Positions 1 to 8,549 of a stretch of DNA of 45,248 nt are shown here, piece by piece. The DNA comes from a virus. Lineage: Duplodnaviria; Heunggongvirae; Uroviricota; Caudoviricetes. A program made the translations under genes and the position numbers. Numbering within the stretch: the stretch's first letter is position 1; the number at the start of each line of letters is the position of its first letter. Location: IMG/VR virus record IMGVR_UViG_2529293151_000014; one strand, written 5' to 3'. The notes under the pieces are model-generated. The model did no database searches and was not told where the DNA came from. It saw nothing but the letters and a program-made list of their open reading frames with translations.

Positions 1-1074
1 TCATTTGTCGATTTCAATTTTGTCCCATTCCCGTCCACGGCTGTCCCTATACCGCGCCGCCATTGAATCTGATTTATGCCCGAGAAGACGTTGAGCAAAC
101 TTATCGCCAATCTGGTTCCGGTATAGCCTCGCTGACAGGCTACGCAGTTCATGGAATGTTGGCGGGTTTCCATCAAATGAGAGTCCAGATGCATTTCTCG
201 CCTTTGTAAAATACTTTGATACTGTTTTCGGGGAAAGCGGATCGTGATGCTTTGATGCGATTATAGTTTCACTGCTGCTGGCATCCCTGCATTTCTGTAG
301 TGTATCAGCCAATGAGATATTGAGCGCGTCAATCGTTAGCATTAGCGGAATGGCGAGTTTAGCCCCTGTTTTACTCTGTTCAATGTGAAGATGGTTGTCG
401 TTTATGTCTGACCATTTCATTCTGCACAAATCGCCGACTCTCTGCCCTGTAACGACGGCCAAATCCATCGCCAGCCTTAGCCAGATAGGGAGAGGTTCGG
501 CTGCATGGTAAATCTCGACATACTCATTAGCTGTCAGCCTTGAGCGCCTTACTTCTGACTTTGCTGTACGGGTTGCTGTTACCGGATTCGTTGCCACATG
601 CCCCTCGGCTATTGCTTCACGAAAAACGTCAACAAGGGTTGACCTGATTAATTTTGCGGAAGCTGCTTTACCTTCTGCTACGTAGGTGTTTAGCATTGCT
701 GCCACTTCTTTCGTTGATATGTCAGTGAGCGGTTTGTCCGGCAATTTTCTTCGGATTGCCCTGATTTTGCTGGCGTAGTCGAGTAGAGTTTTCGGCCTGA
801 TCCCCCTTTCGGTGAGGATTCTTTCATATCGGTCAAGCCACACATGAAGAGTGATTGCGTCACCGCCTTTAATTCTGTCTATCAGTGATTTGCGTCCGCT
901 GTCTGAGAGTAACTCAATGTTGGCCTGTATAGCTTCAGTGATTGCTATCCTCCTGTCTCGGCCTAATCCAAACTCTTTACCCGTCCTTGGGTCCCTGTAG
1001 CAGTAATATCCATTGTTTCTTATATAAAGGTTAGGAGGTAAATCCCGGCGCTCATGACTTCGCCTTCTTCCCAT
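1..1074 (-). CDS. int: Tyrosine site-specific integrase (phage lambda Int type)
   Basis: 357-aa ORF. N-terminus MGRRRSHERRDLPPNLYIRNNGYYCYRDPRTGKEFGLGRD and the C-terminal catalytic region (HELRSLSARLY, LLGHKSD, Y near the C-terminus) match lambda Int nearly residue for residue from memory. Stop codon occupies positions 1-3, so the CDS is complete but attL/attR is outside the window. Confidence 0.95.
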   Translation of the reverse strand: MGRRRSHERRDLPPNLYIRNNGYYCYRDPRTGKEFGLGRDRRIAITEAIQANIELLSDSGRKSLIDRIKGGDAITLHVWLDRYERILTERGIRPKTLLDYASKIRAIRRKLPDKPLTDISTKEVAAMLNTYVAEGKAASAKLIRSTLVDVFREAIAEGHVATNPVTATRTAKSEVRRSRLTANEYVEIYHAAEPLPIWLRLAMDLAVVTGQRVGDLCRMKWSDINDNHLHIEQSKTGAKLAIPLMLTIDALNISLADTLQKCRDASSSETIIASKHHDPLSPKTVSKYFTKARNASGLSFDGNPPTFHELRSLSARLYRNQIGDKFAQRLLGHKSDSMAARYRDSRGREWDKIEIDK

Positions 1075-1270
1075 TTCTGATCCTCTTCAAAAGGCTACCT
1101 GTTACTGGTCGATTTAAGTCAACCTTTACCGCTGATTCGTGGAACAGATACTCTCTTCCATCCTTAACCGGAGGAGGGAATATCCTGCACTCGCGTACCC
1201 ATCGACGAACTGTTTCAAGGCTTCTTGGGCGCCGCTGGCGTGCGTTCCACTCCTGAAGTGTTAAGTACAT
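1052..1270 (-). CDS. xis: Excisionase Xis (lambda type)
   Basis: 72-aa ORF MYLTLQEWNARQRRPRSLETVRRWVRECRIFPPPVKDGREYLFHESAVKVDLNRP, essentially identical to lambda Xis as recalled. Overlaps the int start as in lambda. Confidence 0.9.
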   Translation of the reverse strand: MYLTLQEWNARQRRPRSLETVRRWVRECRIFPPPVKDGREYLFHESAVKVDLNRPVTGSLLKRIRNGKKAKS

Positions 1271-1296
1271 CGCAAAGTCTCCGCAATTACACGCAA

Positions 1297-1318
1297 GAAA
1301 AAACCGCCATCAGGCGGC
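1297..1318 (-). terminator. Putative rho-independent terminator upstream of xis (minus strand)
   Basis: On the minus strand a GC-rich 5-bp stem (CCGCC/GGCGG, loop 4 nt) is followed by a run of six T (plus-strand A-run 1297-1303). The stop codon of the upstream small ORF lies in the hairpin. Confidence 0.45.
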
Positions 1319-1477
1319 TTGGTGTTCTTTCAGTTCTTCAATTCGAATATTGGTTACGTCTGCATGCGCTATCTGCGCCCATATCATCCAGTGGTTATAG
1401 CAGTCGTTGATGTCCTCTGCTTCGATAACCCTGTCGAATGGCTCTCCATTCCATTCACCTGTGACTCGGAAGTGCAT
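1310..1477 (-). CDS. Small hypothetical protein (55 aa)
   Basis: ORF below the 60-aa track cut-off: MHFRVTGEWNGEPFDRVIEAEDINDCYNHWMIWAQIAHADVTNIRIEELKEHQAA. Preceded by GGAGATGATAA-ATG (good SD spacing). Same strand as the operon. Confidence 0.35.
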   Translation of the reverse strand: MHFRVTGEWNGEPFDRVIEAEDINDCYNHWMIWAQIAHADVTNIRIEELKEHQAA

Positions 1478-1664
1478 TTATCATCTCCATAAAACAAAAC
1501 CCGCCGTAGCGAGTTCAGATAAAAGAAATCCCCGCGAGTGCGAGGATTGTTAGTTGCACTCTGCTGCTGCCTTAGCCATTACCATATCCACCAAACTTCA
1601 CCAGACATGATTCTCGCAATCACTATCATCACCAAAGTGATAATCACAACTTTAACTGGCGGCA

Positions 1665-2573
1665 TCATTCACCATCCTGCTCCGGCGGTTCTGGCAGCGG
1701 CATCCAGTGGGTTACGTCATCCAAGATATTTCCTGATAAATATGTGAAAGCTCTATATTTTTTGTAATCAATTGGACTCATTACCCAGTTCCAATATGCT
1801 GCCACTATTTGACCTTGACTAAATGCCAGTAACATTTTGGTGTCTTCCGGCATTCGCTCACTACAGCTTATCCAACCATCCGGAGTTACCGGAACTTGCG
1901 GAATGGCTGTCTGCTCTCGAACGTCATTAGGCGCTATAGGTTCTGCTGCCAACTGACTGGCATATTTGTTAATGGTAACGATAAGCTCTTGCTCAGCCTC
2001 ATCCAGACAATCACCGATACCTCGCCTGTCACCGTCAAAATCATCGAAATCGGCACGAATCTTGGCAACCTTCTTGATTGCGGACAACACCTCACTAGGA
2101 ATTACCGGATAGTTGGTTGACGTTTCCGCGATTTCACGAAAATTATTGGTTGACGAATTCTTGTTTTCCCGAAAGTTTCCTGACTGAAACATGGCTGCGC
2201 GATAGGCGTTCCAGCCGACAGCTTTTCCGTGTTCAAACGCGCTGTCAAAGTCATCATCCATTTCCATCGCATCAGGCACAGATACCCTCTCTTGAGGGGC
2301 GGCGTAAAGCGGAGTTACGGTAATTTCGTACTCGTTTATATCCTCGTCGCTGATATTTGCGAAATAGCGAAGGATGCCTTTCTCTCCACGACTACGAGCG
2401 TCAGAGTCCTGAATGATATACGCCACCGGCTCTGCTTCCAGCGATGCCAGTGCGATACGCAGGGCAGCCAGGATATTCCCCTGGTAATCATCAAGCCCGA
2501 AAGGAAGCTCATCACGAACGCTTTCATAATCGTTGATAGCCTGCTGCAGCCATTCTCTTGTGATAGTGCTCAT
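1665..2573 (-). CDS. Hypothetical phage protein with a C-terminal DUF551-like domain
   Basis: 302-aa ORF. C-terminal segment DGWISCSERMPEDTKMLLAFSQGQIVAAYWNW...THWMPLPEPP resembles the DUF551 domain common in enterobacterial prophage early regions (recalled, not searched). SD GGAGAG upstream; ATGA overlap with the upstream gene. Confidence 0.8.
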   Translation of the reverse strand: MSTITREWLQQAINDYESVRDELPFGLDDYQGNILAALRIALASLEAEPVAYIIQDSDARSRGEKGILRYFANISDEDINEYEITVTPLYAAPQERVSVPDAMEMDDDFDSAFEHGKAVGWNAYRAAMFQSGNFRENKNSSTNNFREIAETSTNYPVIPSEVLSAIKKVAKIRADFDDFDGDRRGIGDCLDEAEQELIVTINKYASQLAAEPIAPNDVREQTAIPQVPVTPDGWISCSERMPEDTKMLLAFSQGQIVAAYWNWVMSPIDYKKYRAFTYLSGNILDDVTHWMPLPEPPEQDGE

Positions 2574-3244
2574 GATGCCTCTCCTTTACATGCTTCGGTG
2601 ACGTTTATTCCAGCGTTGTGCAGTGCCTCAAGAACCTGATGCTGCCTGTAAACCATTTCAGTGTGGTAAGGCTCGTCAAAATCGACGCGATGCAACATGC
2701 TATAGCATTGCGGAAGCACAACCTCCCGCAACTCCAGCTCAGCAATGCGCTTCTCTGCGGCTTCCAGCTTCTCGCGCATATCGTCAACGTACTCGACCAG
2801 AGATCCGCCAGCAGGAATTTCGCACTCCTCGACCAGTTGGAAGTAGATATCAGCTGCGGCCCGTGTGTTGCTATGCCTAGCGTCGCCCATCTCACCTTCA
2901 CGAAGAGCATCGCGTTCGGCGGTAAGATTGGCTATTTTGCTGTCTTTGCCTTCCAGCTCAACGCGCAGCTTCCCTACCGTTAGCGCAATTTCCTCGTTCT
3001 CCTGGTCGCGGGATTTGATGTATTGCTGGTTCCTTTCCCGTTCATCCAGTAGTGCCAAAGCAACCTTTGGATTAAAGGCAGCAATAAATTCAGCGTTGTT
3101 TTTCAGAACGTGTTGCGCAATGGCCTGACTACTTAGTCGGACCTCATAACCACGTGCGCCACGGTGTGGTTTATATGAGTCCCAGTCTCCCCACGTTGCT
3201 TTCTCTGCCGCCTCACGCAGTGCCTGATAGTTAATTTTGCTCAT
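2570..3244 (-). CDS. Ead/Ea22-like early-region protein
   Basis: 224-aa ORF beginning MSKINYQALREAAEKATWGDWDS, with a coiled-coil-like central region. The N-terminus resembles the Ead/Ea22-like family of lambdoid prophages (from memory). Confidence 0.75.
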   Translation of the reverse strand: MSKINYQALREAAEKATWGDWDSYKPHRGARGYEVRLSSQAIAQHVLKNNAEFIAAFNPKVALALLDERERNQQYIKSRDQENEEIALTVGKLRVELEGKDSKIANLTAERDALREGEMGDARHSNTRAAADIYFQLVEECEIPAGGSLVEYVDDMREKLEAAEKRIAELELREVVLPQCYSMLHRVDFDEPYHTEMVYRQHQVLEALHNAGINVTEACKGEAS

Positions 3245-3245
3245 G

Positions 3246-3545
3246 TCACATCACCCTGAATCCGTTGCATTTACGTAAGAAATCGCAGATATAGCCCTTC
3301 ATTTTTTCGTGCCAATCTCGATCATTCCCATTGCACCAACCATCAGGTGGAGTCCAGTTTTCTATCAGAGCAGCCATTTTCTTTGCTTTCGCCGGAGTAG
3401 CTGTTGCGGTATCGCAGTAATGACTAGTGTCAACCAACGCATCCATACCATCGATATCAAGTATGCAAAACCATGTGTGATTCGGAATTCCTACAGGTGG
3501 TATTTGTTGCCCACGTCGGCGTTTATCAATGAGATATACACTCAC
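3246..3545 (-). CDS. Hypothetical protein
   Basis: 99-aa ORF in an operon-like array on the minus strand; 4-nt overlap with the upstream gene. No recognisable motif. Confidence 0.7.
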   Translation of the reverse strand: MSVYLIDKRRRGQQIPPVGIPNHTWFCILDIDGMDALVDTSHYCDTATATPAKAKKMAALIENWTPPDGWCNGNDRDWHEKMKGYICDFLRKCNGFRVM

Positions 3546-4153
3546 TGGTTGCCTCCTTTGCGAAGCTGGGCGGCGAATCTCTCAGCATCAACAGCGCTTC
3601 CGCAATAGGCGGCGCGAGTCATGGAATCCAATTCGTTGCGGTTTTTTCTTACGTATTCCTTCTGGCTTTCAGCAAACAACTCCACACCCTGCGCCCGTAC
3701 TTCAGCCAGAAAAGCATCGGTGTCTGGGGTTTTTATTTCGTTAAGCGCATCACTGAATCCACCACGCTCCATACCTAGCTCTGCTTCGTAATCGGCATCG
3801 AATGCAGCGTCTTTGCAGAACTTCTTCAGCTTTGCATTCTCCGCCGCCAGCGCTGAAAACTTCTCGTGTGCCAACTTAACAGTCGAATCAGCCTGCTTAA
3901 TTGAATCAATCGCTTTCTGCTGGTCTTCGGACAGAGCCGAAATCTTGGCCTCCGCTTCAGCAAATTTACGCACCAGATATTCAGCGTTTGTTTCGTTAAC
4001 CTTTAAATCTCGTGGGATGCATTTACCTTTTAGAAAACCATCCATCTCAATTAGTGACATTTGTTTCATTTCTTCCCCCTCCGCCACATCGCATTCAGAT
4101 ATTTGTTTTGATTCACTGATGGAACTTGCGACGGTTTGATTTAGGATTTCCAT
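3542..4153 (-). CDS. Hypothetical coiled-coil protein
   Basis: 203-aa ORF with SD GGGGGA 6 nt upstream of the ATG. Charged, helical-looking sequence; function unknown. Confidence 0.7.
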   Translation of the reverse strand: MEILNQTVASSISESKQISECDVAEGEEMKQMSLIEMDGFLKGKCIPRDLKVNETNAEYLVRKFAEAEAKISALSEDQQKAIDSIKQADSTVKLAHEKFSALAAENAKLKKFCKDAAFDADYEAELGMERGGFSDALNEIKTPDTDAFLAEVRAQGVELFAESQKEYVRKNRNELDSMTRAAYCGSAVDAERFAAQLRKGGNQ

Positions 4154-4691
4154 TACGATTCCCCCTGTTTCCGTAATTTAATTTTCTGCAATCGATTGGT
4201 GTGGGGCGCAGGTAACCATATATTTCTACTTGATATTTTGCTAGAGCATACGCATATTTTGCACCATCACATGTTGCATATGAGCCAAGGTGATGTAGTT
4301 TTCCATTAACACCTATGTATGCTCTCCATCCATAAGCACACCTTTCTGTGCCTATTTCAGTTCCTTTATTTCTACTTGTGTTGCTATTGTTTTCCCTACT
4401 GGAGACATCTCGTAGGTTAATAAACCTGTTGTCAGCTTTATTTCTGTTGATGTGATCAATTACATTTACTGGCCATTTCCCGGTAACATATAACCAAGCT
4501 AGTCTGTGCGCTAAATACCATTTTTTATTAATATATATCCTTATGTATCCCATCGAGTGCGTACAGCCAGTTGGTTTGAAACCAATTATATCCTCATTAT
4601 TTGATTTAATTATCTTCTTGAAAACCCCAGTTTCTTTATCGTAGTGAATGTTGCTAATGAGGTATTCATATGAAATGTCATTTTTTGACAT
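4113..4691 (-). CDS. HNH homing endonuclease (HNH_3-type)
   Basis: 192-aa ORF with the motif [34 protein letters not shown], typical of free-standing phage HNH endonucleases. The gene is visibly more AT-rich than its neighbours. SD AAGGA upstream. Confidence 0.85.
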   Translation of the reverse strand: MSKNDISYEYLISNIHYDKETGVFKKIIKSNNEDIIGFKPTGCTHSMGYIRIYINKKWYLAHRLAWLYVTGKWPVNVIDHINRNKADNRFINLRDVSSRENNSNTSRNKGTEIGTERCAYGWRAYIGVNGKLHHLGSYATCDGAKYAYALAKYQVEIYGYLRPTPIDCRKLNYGNRGNRNGNPKSNRRKFHQ

Positions 4692-4872
4692 AATCCTTCT
4701 TACTCCTCAAAATCATTTCAAGATATCTGTTGTCGTTAACAGAACCGAAACTATTTCTCTTAAGCAATTCCTCTCTCGATGGCATTGGCTTTACGCGTTG
4801 GCGAATAATCATTTCTGCCGGAAGAATGCCGGGATTGTATGCAAGTCCTCTCATTGTAAATTCCTCAGTCAT
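4678..4872 (-). CDS. Small hypothetical protein (64 aa; possibly starting at the internal Met at 4854)
   Basis: [45 protein letters not shown]... Its ATG overlaps the stop of the 4865..5158 gene (AATGACTGA), suggesting coupling. A better SD (GAGGAA) precedes the internal ATG at 4854. Confidence 0.35.
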   Translation of the reverse strand: MTEEFTMRGLAYNPGILPAEMIIRQRVKPMPSREELLKRNSFGSVNDNRYLEMILRSKKDYVKK

Positions 4873-5158
4873 TACTGATAGCGCCATAGCGTGAGCGGTA
4901 ATTACGCAGGCGCGGGTCAATTTCAGGGAAGTGGGTGTATGTGGCTTTGCGGAATGGTCGGATTGATGTCTGGTAAATTCGCTCTCGTTCTTCTTTCTCT
5001 GCAAGCCATATACAATGGCGAAATTCCTTTTCCTCTTTCGTTTCCTGCGGTAGCGACATTATCAGGTCGTAGTTTTTTCTGAATTTATCCAGCACCTCCG
5101 ATACGGAATTGCCGGAACAGCGGCGCGGGTCATCCGCACCATACTGAGGCGCTGGCAT
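4865..5158 (-). CDS. Hypothetical protein
   Basis: 97-aa ORF with SD GGAG 7 nt upstream of the ATG; consistent with the operon orientation. Confidence 0.7.
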   Translation of the reverse strand: MPAPQYGADDPRRCSGNSVSEVLDKFRKNYDLIMSLPQETKEEKEFRHCIWLAEKEERERIYQTSIRPFRKATYTHFPEIDPRLRNYRSRYGAISND

Positions 5159-5171
5159 GATTTTCTCCTGA

Positions 5172-5651
5172 TTAAATTGCGTGAATAGCGTGACGAGGGA
5201 AGGGGAGAGTTACTGGCTCCTCGTCTGGGTAGATAGGTTTGTTATGTTTGTGCCACTCGACATGACATGACTTGCAGAGCCACATCACATCGGTTGGTTT
5301 GCTGTAGTCGCATTGGTGCGCCTGTGGTTTACATTCTGATCCGCAGCACTCACATTGTGGTGGTCGGATTAGCTTACCGTCGCGCAAAAAATTACCCACG
5401 ATGATGTGGGCTTTTCTTTTCCATGGGTTGCTCTGAATGAACCGCTTTTTGGCTGCGTTACACCGTTCTCTGCCGCGTTCCGATGATTGATATTCTCTCC
5501 TTGCTGATACTCGATGTGGCAATCCCGCGCGCTCTTTGTCATATTCAGCCAGGCAAGCCCGACAAGCGGCAGTTAATCCATCTCTGGATGCTCTTCTGAT
5601 TTGAAAGTCCCTTTCTTCCTTCGGTTGATGGCATCTTGAGCAGATTTTCAT
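5172..5651 (-). CDS. Cys-rich putative zinc-binding protein (degenerate HNH-like finger at the C-terminus)
   Basis: 159-aa ORF with CxxC pairs (CSRCH, CRAC) and a C-terminal CECCGSEC...AHQCDY...WLCKSCHVEWH pattern reminiscent of HNH/zinc-finger folds. SD GGAG upstream. Confidence 0.75.
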   Translation of the reverse strand: MKICSRCHQPKEERDFQIRRASRDGLTAACRACLAEYDKERAGLPHRVSARREYQSSERGRERCNAAKKRFIQSNPWKRKAHIIVGNFLRDGKLIRPPQCECCGSECKPQAHQCDYSKPTDVMWLCKSCHVEWHKHNKPIYPDEEPVTLPFPRHAIHAI

Positions 5652-5660
5652 ATTCAGCTC

Positions 5661-6134
5661 CTAGAACGGAATATCCGAATCGTCGAAGTTCATAGGTGGT
5701 TCGCTGTGATTTCCATGCTGCTGAGGTTGCTGTCTTTGTTGATGACCGTTATTTCGCTGAGGTGAAGACTGTTCATTGCCTCCTTGCTTGCCACCAAGCA
5801 TTTGCATGGTTCCACCAACGCCCACGATGACTTCGGTAGTGAACCGATCCTGTCCGCTTTGATCCTGCCATTTTCTTGTCCGCAATTTGCCTTCAAGATA
5901 AACCTCTGAGCCTTTTCGCAGATATTCGCTGGCAATTTCTGCCAGTTTCCCGCTCATTACCACACGGTGCCACTCCGTCTGCTCCTTTTGCTCTCCAGTT
6001 TGCTTATCACGCCATTGTTCTGACGTAGCAACTGTAAGGTTTGCAAATGCCGTTCCTGATGGTGAATATCTGATTTCTGGATCATGCCCAAGGCGACCAA
6101 TAATGATCACCTTATTTACGCCTCTGCTTGCCAT
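5661..6134 (-). CDS. ssb: Single-stranded DNA-binding protein
   Basis: 157-aa ORF with an OB-fold N-terminal region ([48 protein letters not shown]), a Gly/Gln-rich linker and the acidic C-terminal tail FDDSDIPF characteristic of bacterial/phage SSB. Confidence 0.9.
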   Translation of the reverse strand: MASRGVNKVIIIGRLGHDPEIRYSPSGTAFANLTVATSEQWRDKQTGEQKEQTEWHRVVMSGKLAEIASEYLRKGSEVYLEGKLRTRKWQDQSGQDRFTTEVIVGVGGTMQMLGGKQGGNEQSSPQRNNGHQQRQQPQQHGNHSEPPMNFDDSDIPF

Positions 6135-6842
6135 TTATGCCGCCTGTTTTAGCTCGTTAACTCTGATGTTCATTACCTGAACGCATTTAGCCTGCGCCTC
6201 CTCGTTTCCAGCCATTAATTGCCAGTCACGCTGATAACGCTCGATGAGTTTTTTCTTGTCAGTTTCTGTTGACGCATAATCGCTGAAGTCTTTCAGGATT
6301 TGTTCGCAGTCAACCGATGGAGATTTCTGGTTGGTATTTTCTGGTGATGGTTTGTTATCTGATGCTGGGATTGCCCATCCCGGCAGTGATGGAGGGAGCC
6401 AGTAAAATCCTGTTCCATCCTTCAGTTTTGCCCTGTGCCACCCATGCTTTTTATCGAGAGATGTTTGTGCGAAACCTTCCTCAAGGTTATACAGATACCG
6501 ACCGATTCCCCACTGAACGGCAGCACGCTTCATTGCACCTGAACGACCACCTTTGACGGCTTCTACCTGCGTGTTTTCAGCAGCATCCCATTTGGTTACC
6601 CATTCGGAATCAATCCTGATTGATATGCCGCATTCAACGCCGCCGTTGTTGGGAATATCGCGGTATTCATTGCGCCATCCTGCTTTGCCGCAAACATCGT
6701 CCAGGCGTTTCATGATTGCCCTATTCGTGACATAAGCCAGCACCATAGCCCACACTTTTCCATCGCGTGTTTTACCGCTTTGCTGTATTCGCCATTCGAT
6801 ATCTTCAGGGCTGAATGGCTCATCGAATTTATTCAAATCCAT
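6135..6842 (-). CDS. Rad52/22-family single-strand annealing protein
   Basis: 235-aa ORF. The segment VLAYVTNRAIMKRLDDVCGKAGWRNEY...MKRAAVQWGIGRYLYNL matches the conserved core pattern of the Rad52/22 fold as recalled. It sits at the position of lambda bet and is translationally coupled to ssb. Confidence 0.8.
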   Translation of the reverse strand: MDLNKFDEPFSPEDIEWRIQQSGKTRDGKVWAMVLAYVTNRAIMKRLDDVCGKAGWRNEYRDIPNNGGVECGISIRIDSEWVTKWDAAENTQVEAVKGGRSGAMKRAAVQWGIGRYLYNLEEGFAQTSLDKKHGWHRAKLKDGTGFYWLPPSLPGWAIPASDNKPSPENTNQKSPSVDCEQILKDFSDYASTETDKKKLIERYQRDWQLMAGNEEAQAKCVQVMNIRVNELKQAA

Positions 6843-6850
6843 AATTCACC

Positions 6851-7021
6851 TCAGAATGGACATGGCCCAAGGAAATAACGCTGGTTTAATACTTCGACTC
6901 TGGACAAATTAAGGCATACCCGCATTCCTTCGCGGTCACCATTATGGCGATACCAGAGAGCTTTCTGCGTGTACATGCGTCTCTGTAACTTGCTCTCCTT
7001 CACTGTGGTTGCAAGTGACAT
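6851..7021 (-). CDS. Small hypothetical protein (56 aa)
   Basis: ORF MSLATTVKESKLQRRMYTQKALWYRHNGDREGMRVCLNLSRVEVLNQRYFLGPCPF with GGAG SD 6 nt upstream. Overlaps the 6942..7100 ORF in another frame, so only one of the two is likely real. Confidence 0.3.
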   Translation of the reverse strand: MSLATTVKESKLQRRMYTQKALWYRHNGDREGMRVCLNLSRVEVLNQRYFLGPCPF

Positions 7022-7100
7022 GAATATCTCCTTCGTTACCGATTAATTCTTTCATCTGACGAATGAATTCTTCGTCTGACCAGTTATCTGTAAAACTCAT
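6942..7100 (-). CDS. Small acidic hypothetical protein (52 aa)
   Basis: ORF MSFTDNWSDEEFIRQMKELIGNEGDIHVTCNHSEGEQVTETHVHAESSLVSP. Its ATG overlaps the stop of the 7097..7249 ORF (ATGA coupling). Conflicts with 6851..7021. Confidence 0.3.
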   Translation of the reverse strand: MSFTDNWSDEEFIRQMKELIGNEGDIHVTCNHSEGEQVTETHVHAESSLVSP

Positions 7101-7249
7101 TTCCTGCGATACCACGGAAGGTTGATAGCTGATTTCATAGCTTTATTTGCTTCAAGCCACATTTTTGAATCACCAATAAATCTGGCTATTACTGCTTTGT
7201 TCTGTGCAGCACGAAGCATCTGGTGATTAATGGCTATTTCATTGCGCAT
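7097..7249 (-). CDS. Small hypothetical protein (50 aa)
   Basis: ORF MRNEIAINHQMLRAAQNKAVIARFIGDSKMWLEANKAMKSAINLPWYRRK, preceded by a strong SD GGAGGCGTT-ATG. Confidence 0.4.
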   Translation of the reverse strand: MRNEIAINHQMLRAAQNKAVIARFIGDSKMWLEANKAMKSAINLPWYRRK

Positions 7250-7368
7250 AACGCCTCCAGTTGTTTCTTTGCTGCTCTGATTAATTGTTTAACTCGGCGT
7301 GATAATTCAGATTCGTGCGGGTAGAAAGCGGACATGACGCCGCTACCCGCGAGCTGAAAGTGCATCAT
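7234..7368 (-). CDS. Small hypothetical protein (44 aa)
   Basis: ORF MMHFQLAGSGVMSAFYPHESELSRRVKQLIRAAKKQLEALCAMK with SD GGAG 7 nt upstream; overlaps the next ORF start by 16 nt. Confidence 0.3.
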   Translation of the reverse strand: MMHFQLAGSGVMSAFYPHESELSRRVKQLIRAAKKQLEALCAMK

Positions 7369-7443
7369 GGGTAACTCCTTATATTTGATTGCATAACGAA
7401 AACGCCTAGAGTGAAGCGTTATTGGTATGCGGTAAAGCCGCGC

Positions 7444-7753
7444 TTAGGCGGCTGATGTTTCTTCTTTCAGGCTTTCGAGATATTTACGTGGGTCGTCGTA
7501 ACATTGGCATTCGCTGTACCAATCCACCCAGCGATCAGTAAGCCCCATCTCTGATAAATCTTCATCGGTAAGGCTCTCATCCCACATCTCAAGGCCGTTA
7601 GCATTGCAGTAATCAGGCTTGATGTTGTTGTCATACTGAAAGGCGTCATAATCAGCCAGTGCGTCCATCAGGCGAACACCCTCTTCAACACTTGCCACTT
7701 CTGCAATGAACGGTTTCATAGGTACTTGCGGGATATGCCAGACACGTAATTTC
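7444..7753 (-). CDS. Hypothetical protein (103 aa from MKLRVWHIPQV)
   Basis: The track ORF 7444..7809 has an internal ATG at 7753 preceded by GGAGGAAAT (strong SD). The longer N-terminal extension would run into the terminator hairpin. Confidence 0.7.
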
Positions 7754-7764
7754 ATATTTCCTCC

Positions 7765-7794
7765 GTCAAAAAAATTGCCCTCACACTGGAGGGC
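7765..7794 (-). terminator. Rho-independent terminator (minus strand)
   Basis: Minus-strand hairpin with 8-bp stem (TTGCCCTC/GAGGGCAA) and 6-nt loop, followed by a run of seven T (plus-strand A-run 7765-7772). Confidence 0.55.
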
Positions 7795-7930
7795 AAAGAA
7801 GATTTCCAATAATCAGAACAAGTCGGCTCCTGTTTAGTTACGAGCGACATTGCTCCGTGTATTCACTCGTTGGAATGAATACACAGTGCAGTATTTATTC
7901 TGTTGTTTATGCTAAAAATAAAGGCCACCA

Positions 7931-8131
7931 TCAGGCAGCCTTGTTATTCTGTTTACCAAGTTCTCTGGCAATCATTGCCGTCGTTCGTATTGCCCATTTA
8001 TCGACATATTTCCCATCCTCCATTACAGGAAACATTTCTTCAGGCTTAACCATGCATTCCGATTGCAGCTTGCATCCATTGCATCGCTTGAATTGTCCAC
8101 ACCATTGATTTTTATCAATAGTCGTAGTCAT
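7931..8131 (-). CDS. Hypothetical Cys-containing protein (66 aa)
   Basis: Track ORF MTTTIDKNQWCGQFKRCNGCKLQSECMV... on the operon strand; weak SD. Confidence 0.5.
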   Translation of the reverse strand: MTTTIDKNQWCGQFKRCNGCKLQSECMVKPEEMFPVMEDGKYVDKWAIRTTAMIARELGKQNNKAA

Positions 8132-8201
8132 ACGGATAGTCCTGGTATTGTTCCATCACATCCTGAGGATGCTCTTCGAACTCTTCAAAATCTTCTTCCA
8201 T
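8115..8201 (-). CDS. Small acidic peptide (28 aa)
   Basis: ORF MEEDFEEFEEHPQDVMEQYQDYPYDYDY with SD GAGGTGAGAT-ATG, starting 9 nt downstream of the N stop codon. Very short, so uncertain. Confidence 0.25.
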   Translation of the reverse strand: MEEDFEEFEEHPQDVMEQYQDYPYDYDY

Positions 8202-8209
8202 ATCTCACC

Positions 8210-8509
8210 TCAAATAAGTGGTTTGCTGCCTAATTTCATTTTCTGGCGACCAACACAAGTCACACCCATTTCACTGCGTGGCTTGCGGTAGTAAATACGA
8301 TTCTGTTTACTCTCGACTTCTTCTGCCTTCTTGCAGCGAAGGCTTCCGAGTGATGCTGCTTTATCTGCTCTGACGCAACCAGAGAGCTTTAGCGCAATTT
8401 TTCGCGCCAGTCGCTGCTCTTGCATTGCCTGTTCACGTTGAGCCTGTCTGCGTGCTCTGCGGCGATTTCTGGCGTTATCGTCAGCCAGATATGTAATGAC
8501 TACTGTCAT
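8210..8509 (-). CDS. N: N-type transcription antitermination protein
   Basis: 99-aa ORF from the internal ATG at 8509 (SD GGAGGT 4 nt upstream). The Arg-rich motif near the N-terminus (DDNARNRRRARRQAQREQA) and the C-terminus RIYYRKPRSEMGVTCVGRQKMKLGSKPLI are close to lambda N (RTWYSKPGERGITCSGRQKIKGKSIPLI). Lies downstream of PL/nutL as expected. Confidence 0.8.
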   Translation of the reverse strand: MTVVITYLADDNARNRRRARRQAQREQAMQEQRLARKIALKLSGCVRADKAASLGSLRCKKAEEVESKQNRIYYRKPRSEMGVTCVGRQKMKLGSKPLI

Positions 8510-8549
8510 GTTGACCTCCGGGAAGGTACACATCCTTGTGTGTCGATGA

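Noticed and set aside
1..60. Search for the phage attachment site core next to int.
   Set aside because: The window begins at the int stop codon, so attL/attR and host flank are outside the window and no att core can be identified.
2229..3128. Several plus-strand track ORFs (for example 2229..2639, 2618..2983, 2865..3128) in the early-left region.
   Set aside because: They are antisense to a tightly packed, translationally coupled minus-strand operon and lack start signals; likely chance ORFs.
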